From Lobosporangium transversale (taxonomy: Eukaryota): DNA of 64,000 bases. The position numbers and the translations under genes were made by a program. Numbering within the stretch: the first letter of the stretch is position 1; the number at the start of each line of letters is the position of its first letter. The notes under the pieces are model-generated. The model was not told where the DNA came from, ran no database searches, and saw only the letters and a list, made by a program, of their open reading frames with translations. The stretch covers positions 186,001 through 250,000 of the forward strand of contig NW_019028995.1 in assembly GCF_002105155.1 (NCBI RefSeq). Reading direction: 5' to 3'. Of the stretch, positions 25,469-39,408 are shown one piece after another.

Positions 25469-28102
25469 ATGGTTTTGCTCAAACCAGTGTCCACAGCCCT
25501 AGCCGTATGGCTTGCAGTTGCTCACTTTCAAGTTTTGGATGCTGCGCCGACGCCTCCTACAGCAGCATCGCCGCCTGTAAAGCGTGCTCTGCTTTCAACG
25601 GCGCCTTTGGCGAGCGACATTAGCGGAGCCCATCTGCTTATGGAGAACGATGTCGACTCTTCCACAGCCAAACATGCATTCCTATTGCTTTCAAAGCCAA
25701 GAGGATACTATGATGGCATGAAAGCCTGCTTGTCCATGGGCGACGGTATGTCTATTTGCATGGTTAATGAGTGATGGCTAGTAGTGATTGTGGTGAGGGC
25801 TCACTTTCTGTCAAAAGGCGCACAGCAAATGTAGAGTAAAAGGATCATTGTTGTGCAAATTGTGCGTTAATCAAAAGATTCACACGTGTATTTTTTTGTC
25901 ATACGTAATACATGGTCCATGCCTTGATGGCTCGATTTTTTACCTAATAATCACTTTCTATTCCTATAGGTGGATACATCTTCATCCCCGGGACAGCTGG
26001 TGCCAACAGCCTAGTATCATTACTGAAGAAGAATGCGCCTGCGCAGGTGGAGGTATCTGCTTACTCACAATTCTGGGTCTACAACGGTATTGTATTGGTT
26101 ATGACATAATCAATAACTCATGTTTGTCCCGCTTGAGATGTTTTCCCGCGATAGTTGTTAATGATGTTTATCTTTTATTTTATTTTATTTATTATTTATT
26201 CAAATCTTTTTTGCTTTGATTATTGGGGTTAACAGGCATACCCGGTGTGCTGGACAACTGCTTGGCAATCAATAAGCAAACTGGAAAAACTGACTGGATT
26301 CCATGTGATACACAACTACCCACAGTCTGCTTCAACAGCGTGATGCGTCGTGTACTCTTATTTGATGATGCTTCTCGTCAAATCAAGGTCAATACGCCTG
26401 TAGGCCCCATCCAAGGTTGGCGTGATCAGAATGCATTCCGGTTCTTGGGAATCCCTTATGCTGAGCCACCTGTCGGAGATCTACGATTTGCCGCTCCTGT
26501 CGCCAAAGCTCCCTTCAAGCAAACTTGGGATGCAATCCGCTACAAGGGCGTTTGTCCTCAAACCACTCAATCTGCAGGATTTATTCCTATGCTTCTCAGC
26601 TACCTTGAAAACGGAGCGGGAGAAAGTGAGGATTGTCTTAATTTGAATGTTTATACTCCTAGTTTAAAGGGCCCTAATGAACCTTTGTTGCCAGTGATGT
26701 TCTACCTCCACGGAGGAGGATTTACTACGTAAGTATTAATCCTTCATTTCCACTGTGGCTATTAGTGTTAGGTAGCCTCATTAATAGTGAACCCTCTTCT
26801 ACATGATACAATAGTTATTCTGGCTCGGTGATCATTTTTGAGCCCGGTAACATGGTCTCTCGTGGAGGAGTCGTTGTTGTTACTATTAACTATCGTCTCG
26901 GTATGCTCGGTTGGATGGAAAATGAAGCCGCATGGTCGAGGTCGTCCATCCCTGGTAACCAAGCTTTCCGCGACCAGATCTTGGCTCTCCAATGGGTGAA
27001 ACAGAATATTGCATCGTTTGGAGGAGATCCCAATCGAGTGACAGTCTTTGGTGAGAGTGCAGGTGCGACTAGTATCCGTGCCTTACTTTCAGCTTCCTCT
27101 ACTTGGGGGCTTTATCAGAGTGTCATCGCCCAGAGTGACCCCATCAACATCCCATTCAAGCTTCCTTCGTCGGCTGCGCAGATCACCAGCTACTTCATGG
27201 AGGCTCTCGGCTGCGGTGTTACGGATCTAGTTTGCGCTCGTTCCAAATCTGTGGATCAAGTCTTGGAGGCGCAGACCATTGCCAATGCAAAGGCACTTGT
27301 AGATGACAAATGGACTACTTGGGCCCTTGTGCAGCGACCTACGATTGATGGTCAACTTATCCCTGCCGAGTTCTCGCAACTGGTCAAGACAGGCAAATAC
27401 AACACCAAGGCTAATGTCATGTGGACCAGTACCAAGGATGAGGCTGGTCTCTTTGTTCCTCAGTACTTCCCTAATCCAGTCCCTGTAGCCAATGCGTCAG
27501 CGGCTTTAGAGCTTTTTTTTGATACCAACCGAGCTGCAACGATCTTAGGCTCAGAGTACTTCCAACTCGACCCCAACGATTCGGACGCAGTTCGTAATCT
27601 TTTCACTCGTGCTGGAACCCAATATTACTTTTTCTGTCCCCTTCGCTACCTCAGCCGTCAGATGACCAAGAACAAAAAGGTATACAATCTCCGATTCAAC
27701 CGTGGTCGTGATACTCCTCTTGTTGGTGAGGGCTATTGTTCATCGAGCACAGGTCGCGTTTGCCATTCCGCTGATATTCAACCTGTGTTTGCGAGCGGTG
27801 CTTCCATCCCAGGATTTTCACAAAAAGGAGACGATGCGCGGTTCGCCCGCCAGGCTGTGGATCGATTCACAGCATTTGCTAAGACCGGAGACCCCAATCC
27901 CAAACCGGATATTCAAGGTGTTGAGGCATCTAATCCAGATGTGACCAGCGTAAATTGGACACCTTATGATGACGCCAATCCAATCCTTGAGCTGAATGTT
28001 AAGAGCTCAATGTCGCAGAACCTGGAGAACGATGTCTGCAGCTGGGCTGACACAACCTTTCTATATGATTTTTGGATTAAGATTCCCGGTAATGCGCCTT
28101 AA
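25469..28102 (+). CDS. Secreted type-B carboxylesterase (copy 1), 4 exons
   Basis: Signal peptide; FLGIPYAEPPVGDLRF, SEDCLNLNVY, HGGGF, FGGDPNRVTVFGESAGA; catalytic E (TKDEAG) and H (VCHSADI). Confidence 0.92.
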
Positions 28103-28891
28103 ATATTTGTCGAATGCTAGACCATAGTATATTCTTACGCAAACATGCCTCCTTTCCATCTCCCTGCCCGTCAGCCTACCTTTATAGTCTTGGAGCAATA
28201 CCCCCTTATCTAGTTGTAAATATTTTTTTAGTTCATAGCCCGGATGCAAACTGTCTATTAAACTGTTGATAATATAAAGCCGCGCATCATGGCTTTATGC
28301 AATCGTCGTAAAAAGTGATAGCTAGGAGATTCATTAAAGCCTTTGGTCAGATATTAGGACGATTTCTTCCCTTCTTCTCTTGCTTTAGTACTTATTCTGC
28401 GGTAAGTGTCACTGCAGTTCCTTCGATGGCGCTGTGACTGCCAATGATACTCTCCATTGCTATTAAGGGAAGCCTATGATACTTGTTGTAAAGCTCATAT
28501 TAATAAATTTCATGACCCTTCCGGGTTTTTGTAATAGCAAAATAGCACATAATGTACCTAAAAGTCATGTCAGCATAATTGATAGATAGTAATGACTTTG
28601 ATTTAGCTGCTTAAAGCTATTGGAGGGATTTTATGTTGTAGGAGGATGGCAGCAATAAAGCTGTTAAGTACAGATGTATTGCTTCTCGAGAAGCTGGTCG
28701 TCTAGCAAAAAAAAAAAAAAAAAACAAAAAAAAAACTGCAAAGGTTTGCCGAATAGAAGTGGTTAATCCATAAACAATATGGGCATTAGGGTTGCTTCGC
28801 CCAACTTTGTAGCTTGTACTTGGAATGTCTTTATTTATTATGACATGATAGGCACAAATCACTCTACTTTGTTTTTCTCACTCTTTCCTTT

Positions 28892-31482
28892 TTACATATT
28901 GGACTGTGGCATTTGAGTTACATTGGAAACACGGAACCATGCGTTGTTCATAACTCCTCTGTAATTCCAAACTGGGAACTCTGGCTGCATATTACCGCTT
29001 GAATCGTCTATTGAAGTCAATAAAAAGCGTGATGAAGATGAAGAAAGAGTGATGTTAACATTTTCTTTTGCCTTATTGAGCAACTGTCAGAATACAGGGA
29101 GACAACTTGTTTTTTCTTTTCTTGAGCTGGCCTTACACGCACGAACAACGAGCTCCGACGTAGTATGGAGCTTGAGCACTTTCTTCTCCCATAAGGCCCA
29201 AGACCAATACATCCCACTGATCTTGTCAGGAGTCTGCTCGAGCTTATCGACTGCTTCCCATGTCTTACCGCCATCAATAGACAGTTCTACTCGATAGATG
29301 GCACGTCCACCACCCGCAATGGCGTAACCTTTAATAGTGATGGCTTTTGATGAGCAGATGATTTCCTTGTCCATCGGTGTGCAAATGACACACTGGACAT
29401 TCATTTCTCCTAATGAAGGCGCCAGGTCCCAGGCGCTGTCCACGTTTGATGCGTCCACCTAAGGAATCAAGAGAGCAAACAACCGAGCAAACAACCGAGC
29501 AAACAACCGAGCAAACAACCGAGCAAACAACCGAGCAAACAACCGAGCAAACAACCGAGCAAACAACCGAGCAAACAACCGAGCAAACAACCGAGCAAAC
29601 AACCGAGCAAATGGAGAAATAGACAAGCGATTGGGGTCGCAAAATAAGTGATATATGATGACGGATTAAGATACAGTTAGAGACAGAGGGCTTATTAAGG
29701 ATTAACATTAGTCCAGGATTAACATTAGTCCAGGATCGCCTTGAAAGTCATTAAAAAAAGCTTACCCATGGAGGAAGAATCTTATAATCTAGTTTCTACA
29801 AAAAAAAAAAAAAAAAAAAAAAAAAAGAGAGGATAAATCTCTTTTTTTGCTTCTTAACAGTGCATGCCTGATCTATTGAGTTTGTGTGTTGTACCTGAAA
29901 GAAGGAATTTGATTCTTGTGGTTGCACAACAATCTTTTGGAGAAACTTGACTGAGCGAGCGCCAATGTAGCCTGGAACGATGACTCGGAGTGGAAATCCA
30001 TGGTCGCGAGTCAGTGGCTTACCGTTCATCTGCAAAGCAGATTAGCATAAAATAAACCGTAATAAACGTGTTAGCTTACTATGTAAGCGCCTATCAAGTT
30101 GAACATCATAAAATTTGTATGTATGACAATTGTATATATTTTACCTCATATGCGAGAATGACGTCTCCTAATGGATCCCTTGTTAAGGAAAAAAAAAAAA
30201 AAAAAAAAAAAAACAAATTAGGAACACTTCCCCCTTCGCTTTGTTAACTTCGTTTCCAATGCGTATCTTCTCAAATGTTTCCATGTCCCACGGAGGACAT
30301 GGTTGTTTCAATCGACATACATGGCCTTACGTAGGGGGATAGAGCTACCGTAGCAAACATCCTCCTTAACATGGTCGTCTGCTTCAAAGGAGACGTGGTA
30401 GTTTCGGATCATCTCATGATGAAGGTCTTCTGGTACACCAGCGACATTCCGAAGGATATCGCACAGACGAGGACCAGCCCAAACAGCCTATTAATGGGTG
30501 AGAAGGAAAGATTAGTACGATCTCCACATATTTTATAAGTCGTAGTATTTCCTTTATTCTCTCAGGAATGGCTTTTGTACGTAAATTGTGATACATAAAC
30601 AATAGTGGGAAGAATCAAAAAGGGAACAAATAACAATAGACAGACGAAAGATGGAAGGGGTGGTCATGCGCCCTGTGGGGAGCAAATAAAATAAGGTTAT
30701 GTCGTCAGATGGCGAAAAGCAAAAATAAAAAAGTATGACAGTGTGGCAAATGAGGAGCAATTATTAAAATAGCATTGTATTTCTCCACTTCGCTCTTTGT
30801 CATATTGTCCAAAGACAATATCTATTCGATTGGGAAATAAAACAGAGGAAGGACCATCAAGGTTAAAAGCTACCTACATTTGATATTGTGCCAGCCTTCC
30901 AAATGACTCCTTTGACCTCCTTGACTTGTGCAAGGCCCTCTCGACGATTTCCTGCGCACTGAGCATAGAGAAAAGAAAAAGGAGAAATGGCAGGCAAAAT
31001 CAGTGATTTCTCTCGCTTGTTTCTTAAAGATGATATACAAGAGATATACGCGAGAGACTTACCTGCAGAGAAGCTGTAATAGTGGCCTTAGGCCACTTGT
31101 TCATGATATCATCCATGGTCAAAACTTTCCATTCAACAATATCCATTGGCGCTGCTGTTAGTCCATTTCGATTGCTCTGGTTCTGTCTCTGGACTCCAAT
31201 GTAAATTCGATGGTCTTGCAGTCGAATGTCCGGGATAGGACCATGATTCCTCTTGAAGAACACATCCGTCGGAGTGATGTGACCAGAGTTGATAAGGAGA
31301 GGAAGATGAGGCTCAGCATTGAATGGTTTAGGTGCATGAACCAGGTAGTTAGAGAGGATCCGAGGCGGGTCCTGTGAATAATCCAGATCGCATAGCTCCT
31401 TTTTGCAATGCTCTGGAGGCTGGATGTGAATATGCTCTTGTTGGTGTGTTGTGCTGCTGGTGAAATCTGGGCGAAATTCCAT
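28892..31482 (-). CDS. Sulfite oxidase-family molybdoenzyme without cytochrome b5 domain (copy A)
   Basis: [18 protein letters not shown] (Mo-ligand Cys), [60 protein letters not shown]; many GT-AG introns. Confidence 0.9.
29473..29610 (+). repeat. Intronic 12-bp minisatellite (GAGCAAACAACC)x11
   Basis: Perfect tandem units. Confidence 0.95.
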
Positions 31483-33320
31483 GGTGAATTCCAGACCGTG
31501 TAACAGACGTGAAACAAAGGACTATTAAACTGTGAGTAGTGATAGAATTAAAGCAATTGAAGTAGCAGTAATACGAGAGTTAATGTGTATACAAGGTAAA
31601 GTAAACTGGAGAACGAAATGAAGGAATGTCGAGAATGTTGAGATGAATGAGATGTGGAATGGGAATGTAATAGTTTAGAACCACACACTCAGTCTATTTG
31701 CATTTGCATATTTTTATACACATCCGTCCTTTTGCCTTCATCCTTTGCTCTTCAGTCTCAACCCACGCAATGGGCAGAATATTGTATCGCGGACTGCCCT
31801 ATAAAGTTGGCACAACTTGCCAATGATGCTACCATAATATCCTTCATCAGTCCAGCTTGGTCTTGTTCTCTTTTCTCTCCATTGTTACTTCGTTTACTTC
31901 CACATTATTGTTTACCACCTTCCCTCTTCTTCCTTCGCTGGCAATAATCGCAAAAAGACAATATCCTCTAGCGCGCCAACGCATCGGCACAGGCTGCCGA
32001 AAATGAAACCAATCCTTCCTGTGACCTGGGCAAAGGCGCCATAAAACTGGCAATCTGTCTATTTCAAAAAAATTAAAAAGAAACTCTTATGAACGCCAAA
32101 AACTGGACAGCTCCAATATCAGAGACCTTAATTGATTTGGAAGTATACTGGGTGTTAACGAATTGCACTTTGTAATGCTAAATCCTACTGTATCTAGGCG
32201 ATGACAGGCTTTATTATCCAGAAAGAGCATAGCCAAGTCCACCAATGTTAGCTTAAAGACGAAATTGGTTGTATCTCATTAATCAGATAAAGTTCAGCCA
32301 ACGGCTCAATAATCGGGGTTCATTCGAAAGCGGAAACACCACTACGCTTATTATGTTGAAATGGTACATTGAGGAAGAGCAAGATCACCACTCCTTTGTG
32401 TCATGCGTACGTATGGTATGAAAGGATTCAAAAAGTAAGAGTCTTCATAACTATAAGTAAAGCATATAGGGGAGAATCAGCGGGAGACTGGGGGCTTTAC
32501 TCCCCGGGTCCCCATCACATCGTCAGTTTCCATGTCAATGTCAAACACCAATAGGGATACCTTGTGTTTTTTACTGGCGGGTTTAGGTCAGTGAAGAATG
32601 CAATGTGCCTAGTATCCACATAATAATCCCTCCACCAAAAAGCCTTTCGAAGCTTGGTGCCATTAGCGTTAAGTGATTTTGTGTTAGCAACTTGCTTCTA
32701 GTAGATATTGGACGGTCGGGAAGTAGCTACGTGCTCTTGATTATCTTCTGACACGGATTAGGCATTCAAATCCATAAGTGTCGATACCTGACCGGATTCA
32801 ACCAGTTACCAGTCGCCCAAGTCAGGTAAACGAGCTTCTGAGCTGCCACTCTGATACCTCTGCCAATAACCTTCTGGACCATGTCTGACGCAGATCTTAG
32901 TCACGAATATACAATCCTAATACTATCCTTACATCTCTTACTTCTATATTTTACTCGCGACAGTTCATGGACCTCCAAGCTGGCAAGTTGTGCCAACTTT
33001 ATAGGGCAGTCCGCGATACAATATTCTGCCCATTGCGTGGGTTGAGACTGAAGAGCAAAGGATGAAGGCAAAAGGACGGATGTGTATAAAAATATGCAAA
33101 TGCAAATAGACTGAGTGTGTGGTTCTAAACTATTACATTCCCATTCCACATCTCATTCATCTCAACATTCTCGACATTCCTTCATTTCGTTCTCCAGTTT
33201 ACTTTACCTTGTATACACATTAACTCTCGTATTACTGCTACTTCAATTGCTTTAATTCTATCACTACTCACAGTTTAATAGTCCTTTGTTTCACGTCTGT
33301 TACACGGTCTGGAATTCACC

Positions 33321-34974
33321 ATGGAATTTCGCCCAGATTTCACCAGCAGCACAACACACCAACAAGAGCATATTCACATCCAGCCTCCAGAGCATTGCAA
33401 AAAGGAGCTATGCGATCTGGATTATTCACAGGACCCGCCTCGGATCCTCTCTAACTACCTGGTTCATGCACCTAAACCATTCAATGCTGAGCCTCATCTT
33501 CCTCTCCTTATCAACTCTGGTCACATCACTCCGACGGATGTGTTCTTCAAGAGGAATCATGGTCCTATCCCGGACATTCGACTGCAAGACCATCGAATTT
33601 ACATTGGAGTCCAGAGACAGAACCAGAGCAATCGAAATGGACTAACAGCAGCGCCAATGGATATTGTTGAATGGAAAGTTTTGACCATGGATGATATCAT
33701 GAACAAGTGGCCTAAGGCCACTATTACAGCTTCTCTGCAGGTAAGTCTCTCGCGTATATCTCTTGTATATCATCTTTAAGAAACAAGCGAGAGAAATCAC
33801 TGATTTTGCCTGCCATTTCTCCTTTTTCTTTTCTCTATGCTCAGTGCGCAGGAAATCGTCGAGAGGGCCTTGCACAAGTCAAGGAGGTCAAAGGAGTCAT
33901 TTGGAAGGCTGGCACAATATCAAATGTAGGTAGCTTTTAACCTTGATGGTCCTTCCTCTGTTTTATTTCCCAATCGAATAGATATTGTCTTTGGACAATA
34001 TGACAAAGAGCGAAGTGGAGAAATACAATGCTATTTTAATAATTGCTCCTCATTTGCCACACTGTCATACTTTTTTATTTTTGCTTTTCGCCATCTGACG
34101 ACATAACCTTATTTTATTTGCTCCCCACAGGGCGCATGACCACCCCTTCCATCTTTCGTCTGTCTATTGTTATTTGTTCCCTTTTTGATTCTTCCCACTA
34201 TTGTTTATGTATCACAATTTACGTACAAAAGCCATTCCTGAGAGAATAAAGGAAATACTACGACTTATAAAATATGTGGAGATCGTACTAATCTTTCCTT
34301 CTCACCCATTAATAGGCTGTTTGGGCTGGTCCTCGTCTGTGCGATATCCTTCGGAATGTCGCTGGTGTACCAGAAGACCTTCATCATGAGATGATCCGAA
34401 ACTACCACGTCTCCTTTGAAGCAGACGACCATGTTAAGGAGGATGTTTGCTACGGTAGCTCTATCCCCCTACGTAAGGCCATGTATGTCGATTGAAACAA
34501 CCATGTCCTCCGTGGGACATGGAAACATTTGAGAAGATACGCATTGGAAACGAAGTTAACAAAGCGAAGGGGGAAGTGTTCCTAATTTGTTTTTTTTTTT
34601 TTTTTTTTTTTTTTTCCTTAACAAGGGATCCATTAGGAGACGTCATTCTCGCATATGAGGTAAAATATATACAATTGTCATACATACAAATTTTATGATG
34701 TTCAACTTGATAGGCGCTTACATAGTAAGCTAACACGTTTATTACGGTTTATTTTATGCTAATCTGCTTTGCAGATGAACGGTAAGCCACTGACTCGCGA
34801 CCATGGATTTCCACTCCGAGTCATCGTTCCAGGCTACATTGGCGCTCGCTCAGTCAAGTTTCTCCAAAAGATTGTTGTGCAACCACAAGAATCAAATTCC
34901 TTCTTTCAGGTACAACACACAAACTCAATAGATCAGGCATGCACTGTTAAGAAGCAAAAAAAGAGATTTATCCT

Positions 34975-35005
<31 letters not shown>

Positions 35006-35985
35006 GTAGAAACTAGATTATAAGATTCTTCCTCCATGGGTAAGCTTTTTTTAATGACTTTCAAGGCGATCCTGGACTAATGTTAATCCTGGACTAATGT
35101 TAATCCTTAATAAGCCCTCTGTCTCTAACTGTATCTTAATCCGTCATCATATATCACTTATTTTGCGACCCCAATCGCTTGTCTATTTCTCCATTTGCTC
35201 GGTTGTTTGCTCGGTTGTTTGCTCGGTTGTTTGCTCGGTTGTTTGCTCGGTTGTTTGCTCGGTTGTTTGCTCGGTTGTTTGCTCGGTTGTTTGCTCGGTT
35301 GTTTGCTCGGTTGTTTGCTCGGTTGTTTGCTCGGTTGTTTGCTCGGTTGTTTGCTCGGTTGTTTGCTCGGTTGTTTGCTCGGTTGTTTGCTCGGTTGTTT
35401 GCTCTCTTGATTCCTTAGGTGGACGCATCAAACGTGGACAGCGCCTGGGACCTGGCGCCTTCATTAGGAGAAATGAATGTCCAGTGTGTCATTTGCACAC
35501 CGATGGACAAGGAAATCATCTGCTCATCAAAAGCCATCACTATTAAAGGTTACGCCATTGCGGGTGGTGGACGTGCCATCTATCGAGTAGAACTGTCTAT
35601 TGATGGCGGTAAGACATGGGAAGCAGTCGATAAGCTCGAGCAGACTCCTGACAAGATCAGTGGGATGTATTGGTCTTGGGCCTTATGGGAGAAGAAAGTG
35701 CTCAAGCTCCATACTACGTCGGAGCTCGTTGTTCGTGCGTGTAAGGCCAGCTCAAGAAAAGAAAAAACAAGTTGTCTCCCTGTATTCTGACAGTTGCTCA
35801 ATAAGGCAAAAGAAAATGTTAACATCACTCTTTCTTCATCTTCATCACGCTTTTTATTGACTTCAATAGACGATTCAAGCGGTAATATGCAGCCAGAGTT
35901 CCCAGTTTGGAATTACAGAGGAGTTATGAACAACGCATGGTTCCGTGTTTCCAATGTAACTCAAATGCCACAGTCCAATATGTAA
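33321..35985 (+). CDS. Sulfite oxidase-family molybdoenzyme without cytochrome b5 domain (copy B)
   Basis: Same exons and motifs as copy A, including a 30-nt micro-exon ([10 protein letters not shown]); ends ...QSNM*. Confidence 0.9.
35194..35404 (+). repeat. Intronic 12-bp minisatellite (GGTTGTTTGCTC)x17
   Basis: Same unit as 29473-29610 in reverse complement, with six more copies. Confidence 0.95.
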
Positions 35986-36323
35986 AAAGGAAAGAGTGAG
36001 AAAAACAAAGTAGAGTGATTTGTGCCTATCATGTCATAATAAATAAAGACATTCCAAGTACAAGCTACAAAGTTGGGCGAAGCAACCCTAATGCCCATAT
36101 TGTTTATATTCACACGCAAGTTGGCAAATAAGATAGACCATTTCCCATCGGTCTGTTCCACCGCTGCGGATATGTCATTTCATTCCCTGGTGCTTTTCGC
36201 AATACTTTTGTGTCTGACATCAGCCCTTATTTTATTTGCTTGATTATTAAATGTTCATTAGTAATAGGATTGCTCGCACCCTAATGTCCTGATTATGGCT
36301 TTGGTATTCCTTTCAACGCTTAT

Positions 36324-38827
36324 TCATGGCATATTGCCGGAGATTCTGAGCCAGAAATCAAATAAAAACTCTGTTTCAAGCCAGGTACAGACATTTTTCT
36401 CCGAATTCCTCGACATTGAGCTTTTAAGATTCAGTTCAAGGACCGGGTGGGTATCGTCGTATGGTATCCAGTTCACTTTAGTCACATCTGGATTAGTGGC
36501 CTCAAACCCTTGGAGATCTGATTTGGGATTGGGGTCTCCGGTCTTAGCAAATGCTGTGAATCGATCTACAACCTGGCGAGCGAAGCGAGCATCGTCTCCT
36601 TCTTGTACATAGCCTGGGAATGCAGCACCACTCGCAAACGTGCTTTGAATGTCTGCAGCATGACAGACACGACCTGTGCTCGATGAACAATAACTGGCAG
36701 TGGCAAAAGGAGTATCACGACCACGATTGAACCGGAATTTGTATATCTTCTTGTTCTTGGCAATTTGATTACTAATGTAGCGAAGAGGACAGAAAAAGTA
36801 ATATTGGGTTCCAGTACGAGTGAAAAGATTACGAACTGCATCCGGATCGTTGGGGTCGAGTTGGAAGTACTTTGAGGCCAAGAGCTTGGCAGCTCGGTCA
36901 GACTCAAAGACACATTCCAAAGCCGATGATGCATTGGCTGGAGGGACTGGTTCAGGAAAGTAGCGAGGAATAAAGAGACCAGCCTCATCCTTGGTGGTGC
37001 TCCACATGATATTGGCCTTGGTGTTGTATTTGCCTGTCTTGACCAGCTGTGAGAACTCCGCGGGGATCAGTTGGCCATCGACTGTAGGACGCTGGATAAG
37101 AGCCTCAGTGCTCCATTTGCGCTCTTCAAGCGCCTTCTTATTAGTAGCGATCTGTGCTTCTACTATATCAGATGTAGGTTTGGAACGGACGCAGGTTATA
37201 TCTGTAGCATTACAGCCAAGAACATTCATGAAGTAGTTGGTATTCTCCGCAGCCGATGAGGGGGGATTGAATGGGATGTCGATGGGATCACTTTGGGCGA
37301 TGATACCCTGATAGAGTTTCCAGGCAGAGGGAGCTGAAAGCAAGGCACGGATACTAGTCGCACCTGCACTCTCACCAAAGACTGTCACTCGATTGGGATC
37401 TCCTCCAAACGATGCAATATTCTTTTTCACCCATTGGAGAGCCAAGATCTGGTCGCGGATAGCTTGGTTACCAGGGATGGATGACCTCGGCCATACATCC
37501 TCATTCTCCAAAAAACCAAGTAAACCAAGACGATAGTTGATAGTAACAACAACGACTCCTCCACGAGAGACCATGTTACCGGGCTCAAATATGATGGCCG
37601 AACCAGAAAAGCTATAATGCCATATAGAAAATGATGGTTGTTAGACACCAATGTCACTAGATGAGGCAAACTACTAACGATGGCTACAGTAAGCAATAAA
37701 CAAACAGGATAAAGCTTTACTCAATAAATCCCCCTCCATGGATATAAAGCATTACTGGCAACAAAGGTTCATTAGGGCCCTTTAAACTAGGAGTATAAAC
37801 ATTCAAATTAAGACAATCCTCACTTTCCCCCGCTCCGTTTTCAAGGTAGCTCTTGATCATAGCGAGGAACCCTGAGCTTTGGGGGCAAATGTTCTTGTAG
37901 CGGATTGCATCCCAAGTTTGCTTGAAGGGAGCTTTGGCGACAGGGGCGGCAAATCGTAGATCTCCGACAGGTGGCTCAGCATAAGGGATTCCCAAGAACC
38001 GGAATGCATTCTGATCATGCCAACCTTGGATGGGACCTACAGGCGTGTTGACCTTGATTTGGCGAGAAACATCATCAAACAAACGTATACGACGCATCAC
38101 GCTGTTGAAGCAGACCGTGGGTAGTTGTGTATCGCATGGAATCCAATCAGTTCCCTCAGTTTCCTTATTGACTGCCAAGCATTTTCCCAGTACACCGGGA
38201 AAAGCTGTGTACAATTCCCAACAGTGAAAATGAGATGAATGAGTGGGAAATAAGGAAAAAGTGGAAATCCAAATAACTTCTTTAGTATCGATTTGGATCG
38301 TTGCTCAGATCTAATCCAGATCTAATCCAGATCTAATCAGTACATTACCGTTGTAAACCCAGAATTGAGAGGAATTAGACACTTCCATTTGCGCAGGCGC
38401 ATTCCTCTTCAACAATGAGACTAGGCTGTTGGCGCCAGCTGTCCCAGGGATGAAGATGTATCCACCTAAATAAGTAAAGTAATTAACAGTTAGGTATATG
38501 TATGATCATTACCAATAATCATCGCTTATTAACCATGCATATAGGCATACCATCGCCTATGGACCAGCAGGCTTTCATGCCACCATGATATCCTCTGGGT
38601 TTTGAAAGCAACAAGAATGCAGGCTTGGCTGTGGAAGAGTCAGCGTCATTCTTCAAGAGCAGATGGGCTCCGCCAATATCGCTTGCTAGAGGAGCATTTG
38701 GGAGCAGAGCAAATTTTACGGATGGTGGTGATGGCCTAGGAGGCGTCGGTGCAGCACTCGAAACCTGAAAACAAATAGCTGCTAGCCATGTAGCTAGACC
38801 TGTGGACGTTGGTTTGAGTAAAATCAT
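36324..38827 (-). CDS. Secreted type-B carboxylesterase (copy 2)
   Basis: Paralog of copy 1 with the same exon layout; GESAG, TKDEAG, VCHAADI. Confidence 0.92.
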
Positions 38828-39408
38828 AAGCTTGTAAGTGTTTTCGGATCGCTTGTGCAGTGGACCGAGGGAGTATATGAGGATTTACTGTGTAGGATAG
38901 GGAAGAGAACTTGATGCTCTTTAACAATGGAGATAAGAGAGCGGAAGAAAAAAAAAGGCCACGGAGTGGTCGCGTGGATGACGCGTTGCGGGAGAGAGGC
39001 GACTATATCCTTCCGCGAAATTGTAATACGGGTTTGTTAAGAGAGCGTTCCAAAAGACTTTAGGCAATAAATGACAGGAGAGATGCTTGTAATGCAAGAG
39101 GCAGTTGCGTGAGCAAAAGAGACGAACGAAGCTTGAAACACCAAGGCAAATGGAGCAACAGAGGGAGCACCATGTGTTACTGCAGCAGTAATAGAAAGTG
39201 TAAAGGCAGCAGGGATTACTAAGTCCGGCGAGGAAAGCGCGGCAGCGCGAACCTTTTGCATGTAGGCACACCTGTGGCGGCCTTTTCGATGGTTCAAGTA
39301 TAGGAGCTGGATATATTGAGCATACTCTTGGAGCATTGAAAATTATTGATACTAAAGAAAATAAGAGGCATACAGGCTTCTTCTAGATCTAGCAACGCGA
39401 CGATACCG

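Larger units (their letters stand above)
28770..31822 (-). repeat. Left arm of near-identical inverted duplication
   Basis: Reverse complement of 32981-36107; visible differences are minisatellite copy number and poly-T lengths. Confidence 0.93.
32981..36107 (+). repeat. Right arm of near-identical inverted duplication
   Basis: Reverse complement of 28770-31822; 1,158-bp unique spacer at 31823-32980. Confidence 0.93.

Noticed and set aside
29413..35546. Repeat ORFs (EQTT, CSVV, LFAR, LLGC) or a CRISPR-like array
   Set aside because: These are translations of an intronic 12-bp minisatellite with no spacers; the context is eukaryotic and has no cas genes.
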